DNA of 64,000 nucleotides. Origin: Octopus bimaculoides. Its lineage: Eukaryota. The notes beneath the pieces are model-generated. The model had not been told where the DNA came from, ran no database searches, and worked only from the letters and a program-made list of their open reading frames with translations. Each line of letters opens with the position of its first letter. Position 1 is the stretch's first letter. The stretch covers positions 107,275,365 to 107,339,364 of the forward strand of contig NC_068985.1 in NCBI RefSeq assembly GCF_001194135.2, in the 5' to 3' direction. Position numbers and translations under genes: made by a program. Positions 24,204-38,500 of the stretch are shown piece after piece.

Positions 24204-27200
24204 GTATATATATATTTGTCCAGAATCATACTGGACATGGCGGAGGAAAGAAAATAGTAATTCAGTGAAGAGTAATAGCCTTGAGTGAGAGAAAGGAAGG
24301 GGGTGATAGATGAATAAGGAAGGAAGGGGTGAAAAAATAAATCAGCTTTTCAACTCTGAGTATATGTATGTGTACAAGGGAAGTATGTGGATATTTGTGT
24401 GATTATTGTGTACCTTATTTATATATAAGATACTACAGTTACCCGTCATTATTGATGGCACATGGTTGGCTAGTTACATTATAAAACGTTTTATTTGCAC
24501 TTAGAGGCATGGCTGGGAAGTCAAGAAGCTTGCCTTGCAACCACGTGGTTTCAGGTCAGTCCCCACTGTACAGTACTTTGGCTAAGTGTTTTCTGCTATA
24601 GCTCTTGACTGACCAATGCCTTGTAAACAAATATGGCAGATAGAAACTGTGTGGAAGCCAATCATGTGTGTCTATGTTAGTCTCCTTCCCTTCTGTTTGA
24701 CAGCCAGTGTTTGTTTATGTCCCATGACTTAGCAGTTCAGCAAAAGAGAACAATAGAATAATTACCAGACTTACAAAATGCATACAGGAATGTCAATTTC
24801 TTTGACTAAAACCCTTCCAGGAGACACCCAAGCATGGTCACAATCCAATGTCTGAAACAAGTAAAAGATAAGCTGGGGGAATTATTAGAGCATCTGGGAA
24901 AAATACTTTGCAGTATTTATTTCAACTCTTTACATTCTAGGTTCAAATCCTACCAAGGTCAACTTTACCTTTCATCCCTCTGCTATTGATAAAATGTTGG
25001 CACTCCGTCGCTTATGACGTCGAGGGTTCCAGTTGATCCGATCAACGGAAAAGCCTGCTTGTGAAATTAACGTGCAAGTGGCTGAGCACTCCACAGACAC
25101 GTATACCCTTAACATAGTTCTCGGGGAGATTCAGCATGACACAGTGTGACAAGGCTGACCCTTTGAATTACAGGCACAACAGAAACAGGAAGTAAGAGTG
25201 AGAGAAAGTTGTGGTGGAAGAGTACAGCAGGGTTCGCCACCATCTCCTGCCGGAGCCTCGTGGAGCTTTAGGTGTTTTCGCTCAATAAACACTCACAACG
25301 CCCGGTCTGGGAATCGAAACCGCGATCCTATGACCGCGAGTCCGCTGCCCTAACCACTGGGCCATTGCGCCTCCACTATTGATAAAATGAGGTGCTCTGA
25401 ATGAGTGTTGGGACTGATGGTATCAGCTACTTCTTTTAAAGTTACTAACCTTGTGTTTAAATCAAATCTTGATATATTTTATTATTTTGCCATCAAGTAA
25501 ACTATTTTTATTACAGATTAACTAAATGCCATACCAGTCAAGTACTGAGATTAATCTAATCAATTATATCCTCCTTACCCCACACAATGTATATCTGTAG
25601 CTAAGTTAAAAGTAAATAATGAGCAAGCAAAATCATTATAGCATCAGAAAAGTTGTTTTGCAGTATTTTTTTTTTTTCTGGCTCTTTACAATCTGATTTC
25701 AAACTTTGTTGAGGTCAACCTTACCTTTCATACTTTCAAGATTGATAAAACAAAGTACCAATCAAGTACTAGGGTTTATGATATTGACCGCCCCTCAATT
25801 TACTGGCCTTAGGCCGAAATTAGAGAAAAAAACTATTATTATTATTAAGGCAACAGGTTGCAGAATTATAAGAACAGGCCTTATACCTATAGTAGAAAGT
25901 ATTAAAGCAGCAAGCTGGCAGAATTATTAGCAATGCCTGACAAAATGCTTAGCAGCATTTCATCCGTCTTTAAGATGTTCTGAGTTCAAATTCCGTCGAG
26001 GTTGACTTTACTTTTCATCTTTTCAGAGTCGATAAAAATAAGTACCACTTGAGTACTGGGGTTGATGTAATCAACCAACACCCTCCCCCAAATTTTCAGG
26101 CCTTGTTCCTATAGTAGAAAAGATTATTATTACTATTGAGGTAGTAAGCTGGCAGAGTCATTAGCATGCTGGACAAAATGCTAAGCAATGCTTCTTCCAG
26201 TTTTACTTTCTGAGTTCAAATTCTGCTGAAGTCAATCTTTGCCTGTCATCCTTTCATGGTCAATGTAGTTGACTAGCCCTCTCTCCTACAAATTTCAGAC
26301 TTTGTGCCTATAGTAAAAAGGATTATTTTAATTTATTTTGGAGATGAAATAGCTTAATCAAGAGCGAAACAAAATTGCCTTGCAATATTTAAGTATGTCT
26401 GTGTTTTGAGTTCAAATTCTGCCACGGTATCTTTAAAACGCATTCTTCTGTATGGATGAGGAGTCAAAGTACCAACCATGGGTAGGACTGTTTGCAGCAA
26501 GTATGTCCTCCTAGATTTGTGACTGTCAAACTTAAAAACAAGTTACTACTGGTATTTTAATATTGTCCTTGCAGCAAAATAAATTAATCTTTATTATGGT
26601 TATTATTGTTTCTGATATGAGCTGATTAATCTTGACATGTATTTAATGTTCTATTTTCTGCAGGTAACCTGTACGTAGACGAAATATTAAAACAAATTGG
26701 AAACAATGTTTTTAAAATAAACAATGGAGGTAAGACCAGTTTATCAGCAATCTACTGATTCATGTATGTGTGCAGTCATACGTGTGTGTGTGTGTGTGTG
26801 CGTGTGCGTGTGCGCGTGCGTGCGTGCGTGTTTGAATGTGTATGCACACATACACACACAGGCATGGTTGTGTGGTTAAGAAGTTTGTTTCCCAACTATG
26901 ATTCCAGGTTCAATCTTACTGCATGACACCACTGGCAAATGTCTTCATCTATGACCCTGGACCAACCAAAATATTAAGAGTGGACTTGGCAGATAGAAAC
27001 TGAAAGCAGGCCATTTTGTGTGTGTGTGCGTGCGCGTGCGTGTATGCGTATTAGTGTCTCCCTGTTTTGATGCCTTGACATTGCCCATACAATTAATGTT
27101 AGTCAATTCTGATTTTCTGCGAAACAGTCAACCCATGAGGAAATTTTACCCTGCTTGGAAACAAGTGAGGGTTGATGGCAAGGAGAACTTACATAAGTCT

Positions 27201-27216
27201 CAGTCCTCCCACCCAC

Positions 27217-27256
<40 letters not shown>

Positions 27257-30200
27257 ACACCATCTCCAGCAAAGAAAAAAAGCTTGTCCAAGCTAGTAAA
27301 ATAAAAATGCCATCAGAATAGATAATGAACTTGAAGAAAGGCATGAAATACAAACCAACAACACAGTTTTCTATCCAAGGAGCATTGCGGGAGCAAGCAA
27401 TGATTCACAGATCAACCAGTTGATGTGTAAATTCTTATGAAAGATCCTTGTTTCTAAGTTTAAAAAAACCAGTTCTTTCTCCATTGATGAGATATAAAAC
27501 AAAAAGCATTCATTCATTAGTTGAAATCAGCCTTATTTGGTCAAATGTTTAACCTGGCTGATCCATGCCAAGTAAAACAATTAATGGTTTAGAAGACTTT
27601 TCTGTTTTTACACTATTTATCAATGCTAATCTGCTGCCATTTACTAATTGGTACTAATCCCTGTCAGCTACTACGAAGTTAACTTTTTGACATACTTCAA
27701 ATGAAGAAATCTGTCACGGTCTTCATATGTAAACTTTTTTGATGGCTGGTTTTACAGTTGCATCTTGTAAAAAAAAATTTTCACTTGCGAAGACCAGGGA
27801 TTTGATAAATGAAAGAACAATATTTGGTTTCATCATCATCATCATTTATGCTCACTTTTCCATGCTTGCATAGGTCAGATGAAGTTCATTGAGACATTTT
27901 CTGCAATTGGATGCCCTTCCTGTTGCTAACTCTCGCCTGTTTTCAAATAAGGAAATATTTCCCCATGGCCAGACATGTTTTTCATGGAAGAATGGAAACC
28001 AACATCACTTGTATGATGGTGATGCTCATTTACAATCAGCACATCAAGACAAGGGTACACAGAAACAAACACACTCAAAAAAGGATTCTTTCTATTTCCA
28101 TATACCAGATCCACTCACAAGGCTTTGGCCAGCCTGAGAGTATAATAGAAGATATATGCCCAAGGTGCTACAAAGTGGGACTGAACCCCAAGACCACATG
28201 GTTGGAAAGCCAGCTTCTTAACCACATGGCCATGCCTGCACTTCATCCTATCTTTCCTCCATAATTTACATCCCAACATACTCCATTTGATCTTTCATCA
28301 CGTTGAGGTGAAAATAAATACTAGGATCAGTTAGACCAACCCTATATCCTCTTCAAACAATTAGTTGTCTGTCTCAATTTATATGAATCAGTACTTTCTC
28401 TTGTGGCCAAGAAAAAGTTTTGTAGGTGATGTGATTTCTCAGCTGAAACATCATCATCGTTTAATGTCCGCTTTCCATGCTGGCATGGGTTGGACGATTT
28501 GACTGAGGACTGGCAAGCCAGAAGGCTGCACCAGGCTCCAATCTGTTCTGGTAAGGTTTCTACAGCTGGATGCCCTTCCTAATGCCAACCACTCCGATAG
28601 TGTAGTGGGTGCTTTTACGTGCCACCGGCACGAGGGCCAGTCACACGGTATTGGCAACGGTCTCGCTCAAAATGTGTTTTTACGTGCCACCTGCACTGGA
28701 GCCAGTCCAGCGGCACTGGCAACGACCCCGCTTGAATGATTTTCTAATGTGTCACCAGCACAGGTGCTGGAAGGCGACGCTCGTAACGATTACGCTCAAA
28801 TGGTGCTATTTACAGGCCACTTCTCTTTATTTACACTTAGTATTTTCCTTTCTCATAGACATGAATGTGATTTTACTCCTTTTCTCACTCCTTTTATAAG
28901 GCTTTATTCATTTTTTGTTTTAATCATTGGCTGACATGAAGCCCCTTTATTACTGACCATGTGGACATAAGTTTGAAGTTTGTTATATCTTCTGAACACC
29001 TCTCTTCCAATTTGCCTCAAACTTGCTCTACTCTTTTATTCAAGGTTTTGGGGTTAAGGTTAAAAGCAACTGCCACTCAGCTTTACTAACAATTGTTTCA
29101 CCACATAAACTGTCTCATCCATGCAATTGTAGATCAGATGGATAAAACTGCTAACTGTCACCTCTGGGACTTAGTTAACTCATCATCGACATTGTTTTAA
29201 TGTCTACCTTCCCATGTTTGCATGAGTCAGACAACATGTTGGAGTAGAGTTAGCTATGGCTGTATGCTCTTCCTGACACTTGTTTTTAAACATGGTGATA
29301 ATCCCCCAGTCTAAAACAACTGGTACTCCAGAGCTATGCCAAGAACTGGAAACAAACAGCACTATGAATGAGCCGTTTGTTTACAAAAATCACATGTCAA
29401 GACATGTCACAAAGCTCAAACATATTTTCGCAGTGGACAGTAAGATCATTGTTTATAACAAGTTATTACATGTGAAGATGAGGGAAATACAAACTCACAC
29501 ATTAGGCTTCTTTCAGTTTCTATCTATCAAATTCATTCACAAGGCTTTGGTCAGCCTAAGGCTGCAGTCAAAGATACTTGCCCAAGGTGCTATATAGTAG
29601 AATTGAACCCAGTAGCATGTGGTTGGGAAGCAAACTCCTTAAGCACATGGTCATATCTGCATCTGAGAATGATATTTTGTCACATAACTATGATAGGAAT
29701 GAGTTTTGAACTAATAACCATGTGATCTTCAGCATTGTACCTTAATCTCACAACCTGTTGTGCTGTAAATGTGCTCTATTCTGTCAAAGGGACCTTAGCC
29801 TTGCAAGCTGTATAGCAACCTCATTAGTGCTAGTGCCAAAAAAGAAGTACCCTTCACATGCTGTAAAGTATTTGTTAGTTTTTACAGCTAGCTGCCCTTC
29901 CTAGTTATGTCAAAGCATTCATTAGAGTATAATGCAGTCTTAGAACCCATTTAAATGATGATGTCTCCACACACTATTTATCTCCTATTATAATACAACA
30001 ACAGGCTCAGCAAGGACTCACCCTCTCTGCTCTATCCATATGGTTCACAAACAGTGACCTAGAATCTGTTGTGTCCTTGATATATGAATTGTATACTGAT
30101 TTAGACATTTTAACTGAGTGTAAGATCCAGTATTCAGTTTTTAAGTATTTAACGGATCTAAATAAGCTCAGTTTTTGGTATATATTTCTTGAAATGTTGT

Positions 30201-32488
30201 TGTGTAGTTGCTTTGAAAGATCATTAGAGACTGTAAAATCAAACAATCACAAAGTTTGTGAAACTTTGTTTGTGTGCTGTTCAATAGTAAAGACAGTATA
30301 ATATTGTAGATATTTCCTTTATGTGTATAGTGACTATATTTACCATATTTTCTGGCATACAGGTTGAATTTTTCTGACCAAAATTTACAGCCAATAAAAG
30401 TAGGCCAATCTCTACACCAAAATGAGTTTGGAGGACCAAAAATTCTATGTATGAAATGCAGCAGGAAATGTAGTGACGAAGTTTGAATGTATATACTTCA
30501 TACTATGTCAATAGTATACTACATACTATGCTGGAAAATACAGTTGTGCTCTGAGACACTATATTTAACACTCTCTGTGTCACACCTACCCGTCAAAATG
30601 TTCATATCAGTTGTCTTCTGTCACTCAATTTACAAGTTCTCACAATCCTCCACCATCCTTTTTGACTGATAATAGACCCGTATATCAGTTATTTTTGTTG
30701 TTCTTTTAGATGTTACCTTTATTAATAATGCTGGTAATTTCCATTTCAGCTAATAATTTGAACAAGGCTATGAAGATTATTGGCACCGAAAGAGACAGTA
30801 ATGTTTTAAGAGACAGAATGTGAGTTTGTAAATTACTTATCTCATTCTTTACTCTTTTTTCATCAGTATTAAGGTCACCATGATGATTATCTTCAAAGTT
30901 TGTATTAACTATATATATATATATATTACATGTCAACTACACACCTCACCTCATCTTTGTCAGCGTTTTAATGTTCACTTTTCCTTACTTGCATGGGTTG
31001 GACAAAGTCTATGGATGGATACCCTTGCTGTCACCAACCCTCACCTGCTTCAAAGTAAGGTAATATTTCCCCATGGTCAGATAAGTTTTCACAAAATATT
31101 GGAAATGAATGACATTCCTTTACGACATTACATGGTCATGATAGGGAGACACAAACATACTCACACACATTTACACGCAAGCTTATCTCAGTTTCCATCT
31201 ACCAAATTCAAAGGCTTTGGTCATCCTGGAGCTATTGCAGAAGGTACTTACCCAAGGTACTGCACAGTGGGACTGAACTTAACACTGTGTGGTTGGGAAA
31301 CAAACTTTTCAACCACACACCCACTATTAAAGTATATATTAGCTGCACATATCTTATGCATTGTATCACAATTTACACTATCTATTATCTACACAGACCT
31401 CATGATTACAGTATCTATTAAGTGCACTCATTTCATACATAGTATCCCATTTATAGTTTGTCTTAATTGTACACATTTCATGTATCATCATACCATTTAG
31501 TTTGTTTTAACTGTACACATTATACCTCATTACAATTTGTAATAGCTGCATACATTTCACTTCACCATCTCTGTGATACTTGCACACATCTAACATCAAA
31601 TCACACTGTTAATATTTTCCAACTAACTACACACATCTACACCAGATCACACCATTTACAGTTTGTATCAACTGCACATGATCTCCATCACCTTCCTGTT
31701 GTGCAGTTTGTATTACGAACCAGTGAGGAACTCAATTTAGTTAATGAGGAGTATGGAAAAGTTCTGGTTTTAGGTAAAAGAAAATACAGGAAGATTAGTT
31801 AATTATAATTTTATTCAGTTAATTATATATTTTCTCTCAGATTCACACACTTATTGCAGTGGTTCTTCCTGAAATTTGCCAACTCTACACATGATATCCC
31901 CGCCCTCTGTACACATGCACATCATGACTCTTACTTACATTGTTCACGTTCCTGGCTTTTGTACATGATTCTATGTACTATACATACACTTTTGATGAGC
32001 TGTAGTGCACCTGAGCACTATACACAATAACTTCATTATCATTTTAGATTCCAGTTTTCCTTACCTAATATAGAGAACAATGTCTAACCTATTAAGTTAT
32101 CTAACCTTATAAATACTTATGTTCGCTTTTCAGACATGAAACTTCTCAATCTACAAATGAAATTGTTACAGAGACTGCTAATCTAGTCAAAAAAATTGTC
32201 CGAAATCGTAAACTTACGCAGGTCAGTGACATGTTTTTATTCAATCTTTCTTTTTACATGTCTTGGACTTAACATCTAAAAAGATTATGCATATCAAAAT
32301 AAGTGATCAAAAGCGGTTATTATAGACATTACATATGGCTGTGTGGTAAGTAGCTTGCTTACCAACCACATGGTTCCGGGTTCAGTCCCACTGCGTAGCA
32401 CCTTGGGCAAGTGTCTTCTACTATAGCCTCGGGCCGACCAAAGCCTTGTGAGTGGATTTGGTAGATGGAAACTGAAAGAAGCCCGTCG

Positions 32489-32519
<31 letters not shown>

Positions 32520-35500
32520 TTGTCCCTGCAACATTGCTTAACTGATGCTGGTGTGTTTACGTCCCCGTAACTTGGCAGTTCAGCAAAAAAGACCGATAGA
32601 ATAAGTACTAGGCTTACAAAGAATAAGTCCTGGGGTCGATTTCTTCGACTAAAGGTGGTGCTCCAGCGTGGCTGCAGTCAAATGACTGAAACAAGTAAAA
32701 AGAGTATAAAAAAAATAAGGGAAAGAGTATTAAATTTAGGTTCATCTAAATAATAGTTGAATCATTTGAAGACTCATCACCCCAGCCTGTTCCACCTGAA
32801 GAATCAGTACCTCCAGGCCATTGTGAATATGATTTGTGTAATTTGCATAACATAAATATATTCCTTTCTAAGGCTGTGTACATTTATATTTAACATACCC
32901 ATGTACACTAAAACATGGAAAGAATTTTGTTGTGATAAATGTCTTGGAGATGCTTTCCTTTATAGACTTTATAAGAACATGTCAAACTGGGCTCTAAACG
33001 ACCTCTTCAGACTGTCAGATATACTTCTGTATAGTTACACTTCATCAGCGTCCGGCACTGCTTCACTCATTTACAGCAGAAACACATTAGACAGTCCAAT
33101 CATGCCATTCAAAGCCCAGTTTCTGTTCTTACATACTCTATGAAGAGAATAGCATTTTAAAGGATATACGCAGTGACTTTTTTTCCACATTTGAGTGTAT
33201 ATGAGTGTGTTAAATATACATGTACACAACTTAATTCTAATCATTACTGCTTAGTGTGCTTATAATTCCAACTTGACAAAGCTTTGCACGTGCCAGCAAA
33301 TGTGTTTTTTGCTGTTTGCTTATAGGAATGGCAGTTACCAGTTGGCTACAAATGACTGAAGTAATTAAACTTCATCAATGGAGTGTAACTACGCTCAAAT
33401 GTGAATCTGACTATCTATTAACATCATTCAGAGCCAAGTTCAATGTTCTTACACAGTTAATTATTGCAGCAAACATCTTTTTGGTATTCACTTTGTAAGA
33501 TCCATAGAATCAGCATGTAACTAGTTTCTGTAGAATTAAGTGGCTGGTTAAATGACAAATAAAAATGAACCTGACTGCTCTCAAAAATTAAGTAATGAAA
33601 AAATAATCCAGAATCCTTGTCCAATACTGGATCAATCCCAAAATCTAATCAATCTGTGCTAGTCACAAGGTCAAACATCCCTGAAAGTTTCATCCAAATC
33701 CATCCAGCAGTTCTTGAGATATCTTGTCTACGGACAAACAAACAAATGTGACTGAAAACAATACCTCTGCCTTCATTTACATGAAAGCTTCATTAGATCT
33801 TGTACAGGTGGTTTCCGATCATAAAGCATACTCATTTCAGGTGCTGGTTCACTACCAATTGCTGCATCTATAGCTTTGCCTAAACCGAAATGTTAAGTTG
33901 TTCATGCAGCTGAGTTGGCTAGTGTTTATATATTTCTGTTTTTTCCATTCTTCAGAACAGAAAGTTTGAATTGGAAAGGTTGCGGAATGATTTCGAAGAA
34001 AGTTTTAAAAAATTCACAGAACTTCAGAAAGTGAGTAGAACTAATAATGTTTTTTTTTTTTTTTTTTTTTTNNNNNNNNNNTTTTTTTTTTTTTTTTTTC
34101 TTTTTCTCTCCAACTATTTCAATAATGCTTGATATACAGGGGGTCTGTATATCTATAGTATACAGATTTGTTGGATTATTATATATATTATAGTAATATT
34201 TGTGGTATACAGATTATAACATTATACATAACAATTTTATTGTATACAATGCTCAGATACACTGCAACTCATTGGAAATGAAGGGACAAAAAGCAGCAGT
34301 AAGGCAAGTAAAGGCAACAATGAAAATACATGTGCAGTACACAGTATAAAACACTCAGACAGCATAGGCTCCAATCTGATTTGGCAGAGTTTCTACAGCT
34401 GGATGCCCTTCCTAATGCCAAACACTCCGAGAGTATAGTGGGTGCTTTTACGTGCCACTGGCACGAAGGCCAGTCAGGCGATACTGGCAATGGCCACGTT
34501 CAAAATGGTGAATTTTACGTGCCACCTGCACAGGAGCCAGTCCTGCGGCACTGGCAACGATCTCGCTCGAATGTCTTTTCACGTGCCAGGAAGGTGACGC
34601 TGGTAACGATCATGCTCAAGTGGTGCTATTTACATCATCATCATCATCGTCATTTAACGTCCGCTTTCCATGCTAGCATGGGTTGGATGATTTGATTGAG
34701 GACTAGTGAAACCAGATGGCTACACCGGGCTCCAATCTGATTTGGCAGAGTTTCTACAGCTGGATGCCCTTCCTAACGCCAACCACTCATATAAATGGTT
34801 TCTGCTAATTTATAGAGGGAATTGGAAAAATGCCTTGCATTATATCATTAGGTCCTGTATTTAGTTATATTGAGTGTATATTCCACCAGGGTTGGCTTCA
34901 CTTTCATCTTTATGGGATCAATAAAATAAATACCAGTTAGATACTCTTCTGAGGTCATTAATGACTATAACACTCTCACAAAATGTAGTGTTGTTCTTGT
35001 TAAAAGTTATTGTTGCCATTTTGACTAATCTGTTATGTTGTTTCCTGTGTGTAGAAAGCAGCCGAGAAGGTGCGAACAGCAAAACCACTGCGACCCCCGC
35101 CAGGAGAGAGTCTAATCGATTTTGAGGTAAGTACCTTGTTTGATGAAATCTTGCTTGAAGAAGGAAAAAGCTGATAAAGAGAGAATATATGTACACACAC
35201 ACACACATAGTGCAGGTGTGGCCATGTGGTTAAGAAGTTTAGCTTGCAACCATGAGATTCTGGATTTCTTTCCACTGTATAGTATCTTGGGCAAGTCTCT
35301 TCTGCTTTAGCCTGAAGTTGAATGAAACCTTGTGAATGGAATATAGTTGGCAAATTGTGTGAAATATAGATATCATGCTTACATCAGCTTTTTTATGATT
35401 GCATAGGTTGAATGAGTGTTTTTCAAGCAATCTTATTGTGGTAGTCCTTTCATATCTCCTTCATGAAGCTCACTCTGAAATCAGCTTCCAGCAAATCTCT

Positions 35501-38500
35501 TATTTTCTTAGGTCTTTCTCCTCTGTTACTCCCGTCTTCATGGAGGTGCAATGGCCCAGTGGTTAGGGCAGCGGACTCGTGGTCATAGGATAGCGGTTTC
35601 GATTCCCAGACCGGGCGTTGTGAGTGTTTATTGAGCGAAAACACATAAAGCTCCACGAGGCTCCGGCAGGGAATGGTGGCGAACCCTGCTGTACTCTTTC
35701 ACCACAAATTTCTCTCACTCTTTCTTCCTGTTTCTGTTGTGCCTGTAATTCAAAGGGTCAGCCTTGTCATACTGTGTCACGCTGAATATCCCCAAGAACT
35801 ACGTTAAGGGTACAAGTGTCTGAGGAGTGCTCAGCCACTTGCACGTTAATTTCACGAGCAGGCTGTTCCGTTGATCGGATCAACTGGAACCCTCGATGTG
35901 CCAACAACTCCTCCCTTCTTCTTAAATAGCTTGCCACTGCTCACTCCAACTATCAGCCTTCATTTGCATCCGTAGCAGTGCAGTCTTCTCTCTAGTGAAC
36001 TACATTTAATTTGTCATTCATCCAGTTTCTTTTTTCTTTTTCTCTCTTTCTCCTTCATTCCTGCACATAAATATTACACATCCAGCTGATCAAGCTGTCA
36101 TTTCTTTCCAAAACTTCATACATCCTCCACATTCGTTGTCCATGTTTTGCTGCCATGCAATATTGCCCTTCTGGAGCCTGGTGTTGCCATCCGGTTTCAC
36201 CAGTCCTCAGTCAAATCGTCCAACCCATGCTAGCATGGAAAGCGGACGTTAAACGATGATGATGATGACGATGATGATGATACACAAGCCTTGTTCAATC
36301 TGTCCTTCACTCAGAGACAGAAACCCTTTGTTACCAGCAGCGGTAACAGTTCTCTGAAATTTTCCCTTCTCGCTCTTATTCCAGCTACTTATGCTTTCAG
36401 AATACCCACCTCTACTGCTAGTTAGTTCAATTAGGTAATAAAAGCCATTAATCTTCTGATCATTGGAAAGAATATATTTCATAGGTGCTCTTCTGCTAAC
36501 TATTACTGTGCATCTACTTGAGAGCTTTTGTTGTCAACCTGTCTGTGATCTCCCTGCACTTTTTGTGTTTGGTTTGTAACTCCTACCTATTCCTAATTTT
36601 TACATATTGAGCACGGTCACCTTCCTGATTGCTGTAGTTCTGTCTTCTTCACAGTTAACTCCAAAACTTTCACTAAGTTTACTTTGTGACTTTCCAACTT
36701 TTGGATTTACTTCCATTTAGGATTTTTGTTTCTCTTATCCTTTGACTTGTCCAACTATGAGAACTAAAACTTCAGCACCTTAAGCACATGTCTTTAACTC
36801 CAGACCAACTTGTATGTGAATTTCGTTGATAGAAACTGAAAGAATCTCATCATGTATGCTTGTTTACATTTACCCTCTACGAAAGTCGACAAATCATCCA
36901 CTTTTTGGTGTCTTTAGTGACGTGAAATAACAGACCATTGGCATCCATCTGTAAAACAATGCTTCAGTAATATATTAATCAAACTCAGGCTAGCATTGGC
37001 TAACAAATGATAATGATAAAGTTATATATTATATACCAATGTTTAGGAAGACACACACACTGTACATATGTGTGTATTTGTATGCTTCTTCCCCCTCCCT
37101 ACTCATTTATTGCTCACTCCCTCCCATCCATTGGATACTCATCCCCTTAATAGGTATCCCCAGGTGGTGGGATACTTTATTGGGAAACTTGAAACAAGGG
37201 AAATAACTGAAATTTTCCTGTACTGTTCTACAAATATCAACCACAAATCCAGTTTTCTTTTGTTGCTGTGGAAGTGGGTACTACGATCTGATGGATTGAA
37301 AAGCGAAGTTAAGCTCCATGAAATTTTGATTAACTACATACAAAAATTTATAAAAATTTAATGGCGAGGAGATAATGAGATATACTATTCCCAATGATGC
37401 TCTGAGTCACAATAGTAAAATGAAGTTGCTTCAGTTGGAAACAGAAATCACATCAAGGTTACTCACACTCCATGTTACTCTGGTTGTTCTGCAAACTAAT
37501 GTACATCCACCCAATAACTGAACATGTAATTTATTGTACCACATGTTGTAGGTGGCATTAATCTTAGTTTCTGCATGTGTATCTATGTATGCATATGTGT
37601 TGTAATACTTGTATAGTACTTTTGTGAAGTATTTGTGTGTGTGGCTGCTTTTCTATAATGTCATGGTGTTGAGTTTTTCTCTCTCTCTCTTCCCTAGGAT
37701 GATGACCAGGAATCCCTACTACAGCGACAACAGCGAGAAGAACAGTTGATGCAGCAACAGGAAATTATTGAAGAAGACACAGCCTTGATCCTTGAGAGAG
37801 AAGAGAGGATAAGACAGCTGGAGGTGGGACACCACACACATACACACAAAATCCCAAACAATGCTTTCATATTTCCCCCAAACATAATACCCTTACACAC
37901 AGTATTTTATAGAGGCTCACTCACCATTTTAAACCTGAAACTACGTGATTGAGTTGTGTACTTTTTCTCGGTTAAGAAGTTTGCTTCCCAACCATATGGA
38001 TTCAGGTTCAGTCCTAACTGTGTGGCACCTTGGCTATATGTCTTTTTATAGTCCTCTGCCATCCAAAGCTTCATGGGTGAATTTGGCAGGTGGAAACTGA
38101 AGCCTGTTGTGTGTGTAGGTTGGGTGGCATCTATTTTCTTGCCTGTGACATTGTGCTATTCTTGTCAATCATTACCTTCACAAAAAGTATCATCTGTCAC
38201 GAAGACATATCTGGCCATTGTGCTGTTCATATTCAAATAACTACAGAAGGTATTATTTTGCTTGGAATCAGTTGAGGAAAAGCAATGTGATGGGTATAGA
38301 AAAGCTGTAGAAAATTTACCTCAACAAATTTCGTCTGATCCATGCAACCATGGTAAAGTGGACATTGAAGTGATTTTAAATTATTTAGATCACTCCACTA
38401 CATTGATGCATATGACTGTAGTTAAGAAGCTTGCCTCACTACCATACATTTTCTGGTTTAATTACATTGTACAGTACTTTGAACAACCATATTTTAGCAT

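Noticed and set aside
24997-25375. tRNA-like A/B-box sequences (also at 35541, 15671 and 32331)
   Set aside because: They are SINE heads continuing into repeat bodies with TSDs, with no complete cloverleaf, so they are not tRNA genes.
25690-26430. Regularly spaced repeats that might suggest a CRISPR-like array
   Set aside because: Eukaryotic DNA, the units are ~220-bp SINE monomers, and there are no unique spacers or cas genes.
30071-30301. ORF containing CFERSLETVK, superficially like syntaxin helix Hb
   Set aside because: Wrong splice phase. The true exon 3 at 30750-30819 fits both phases and has the GT..DS..LR motif.
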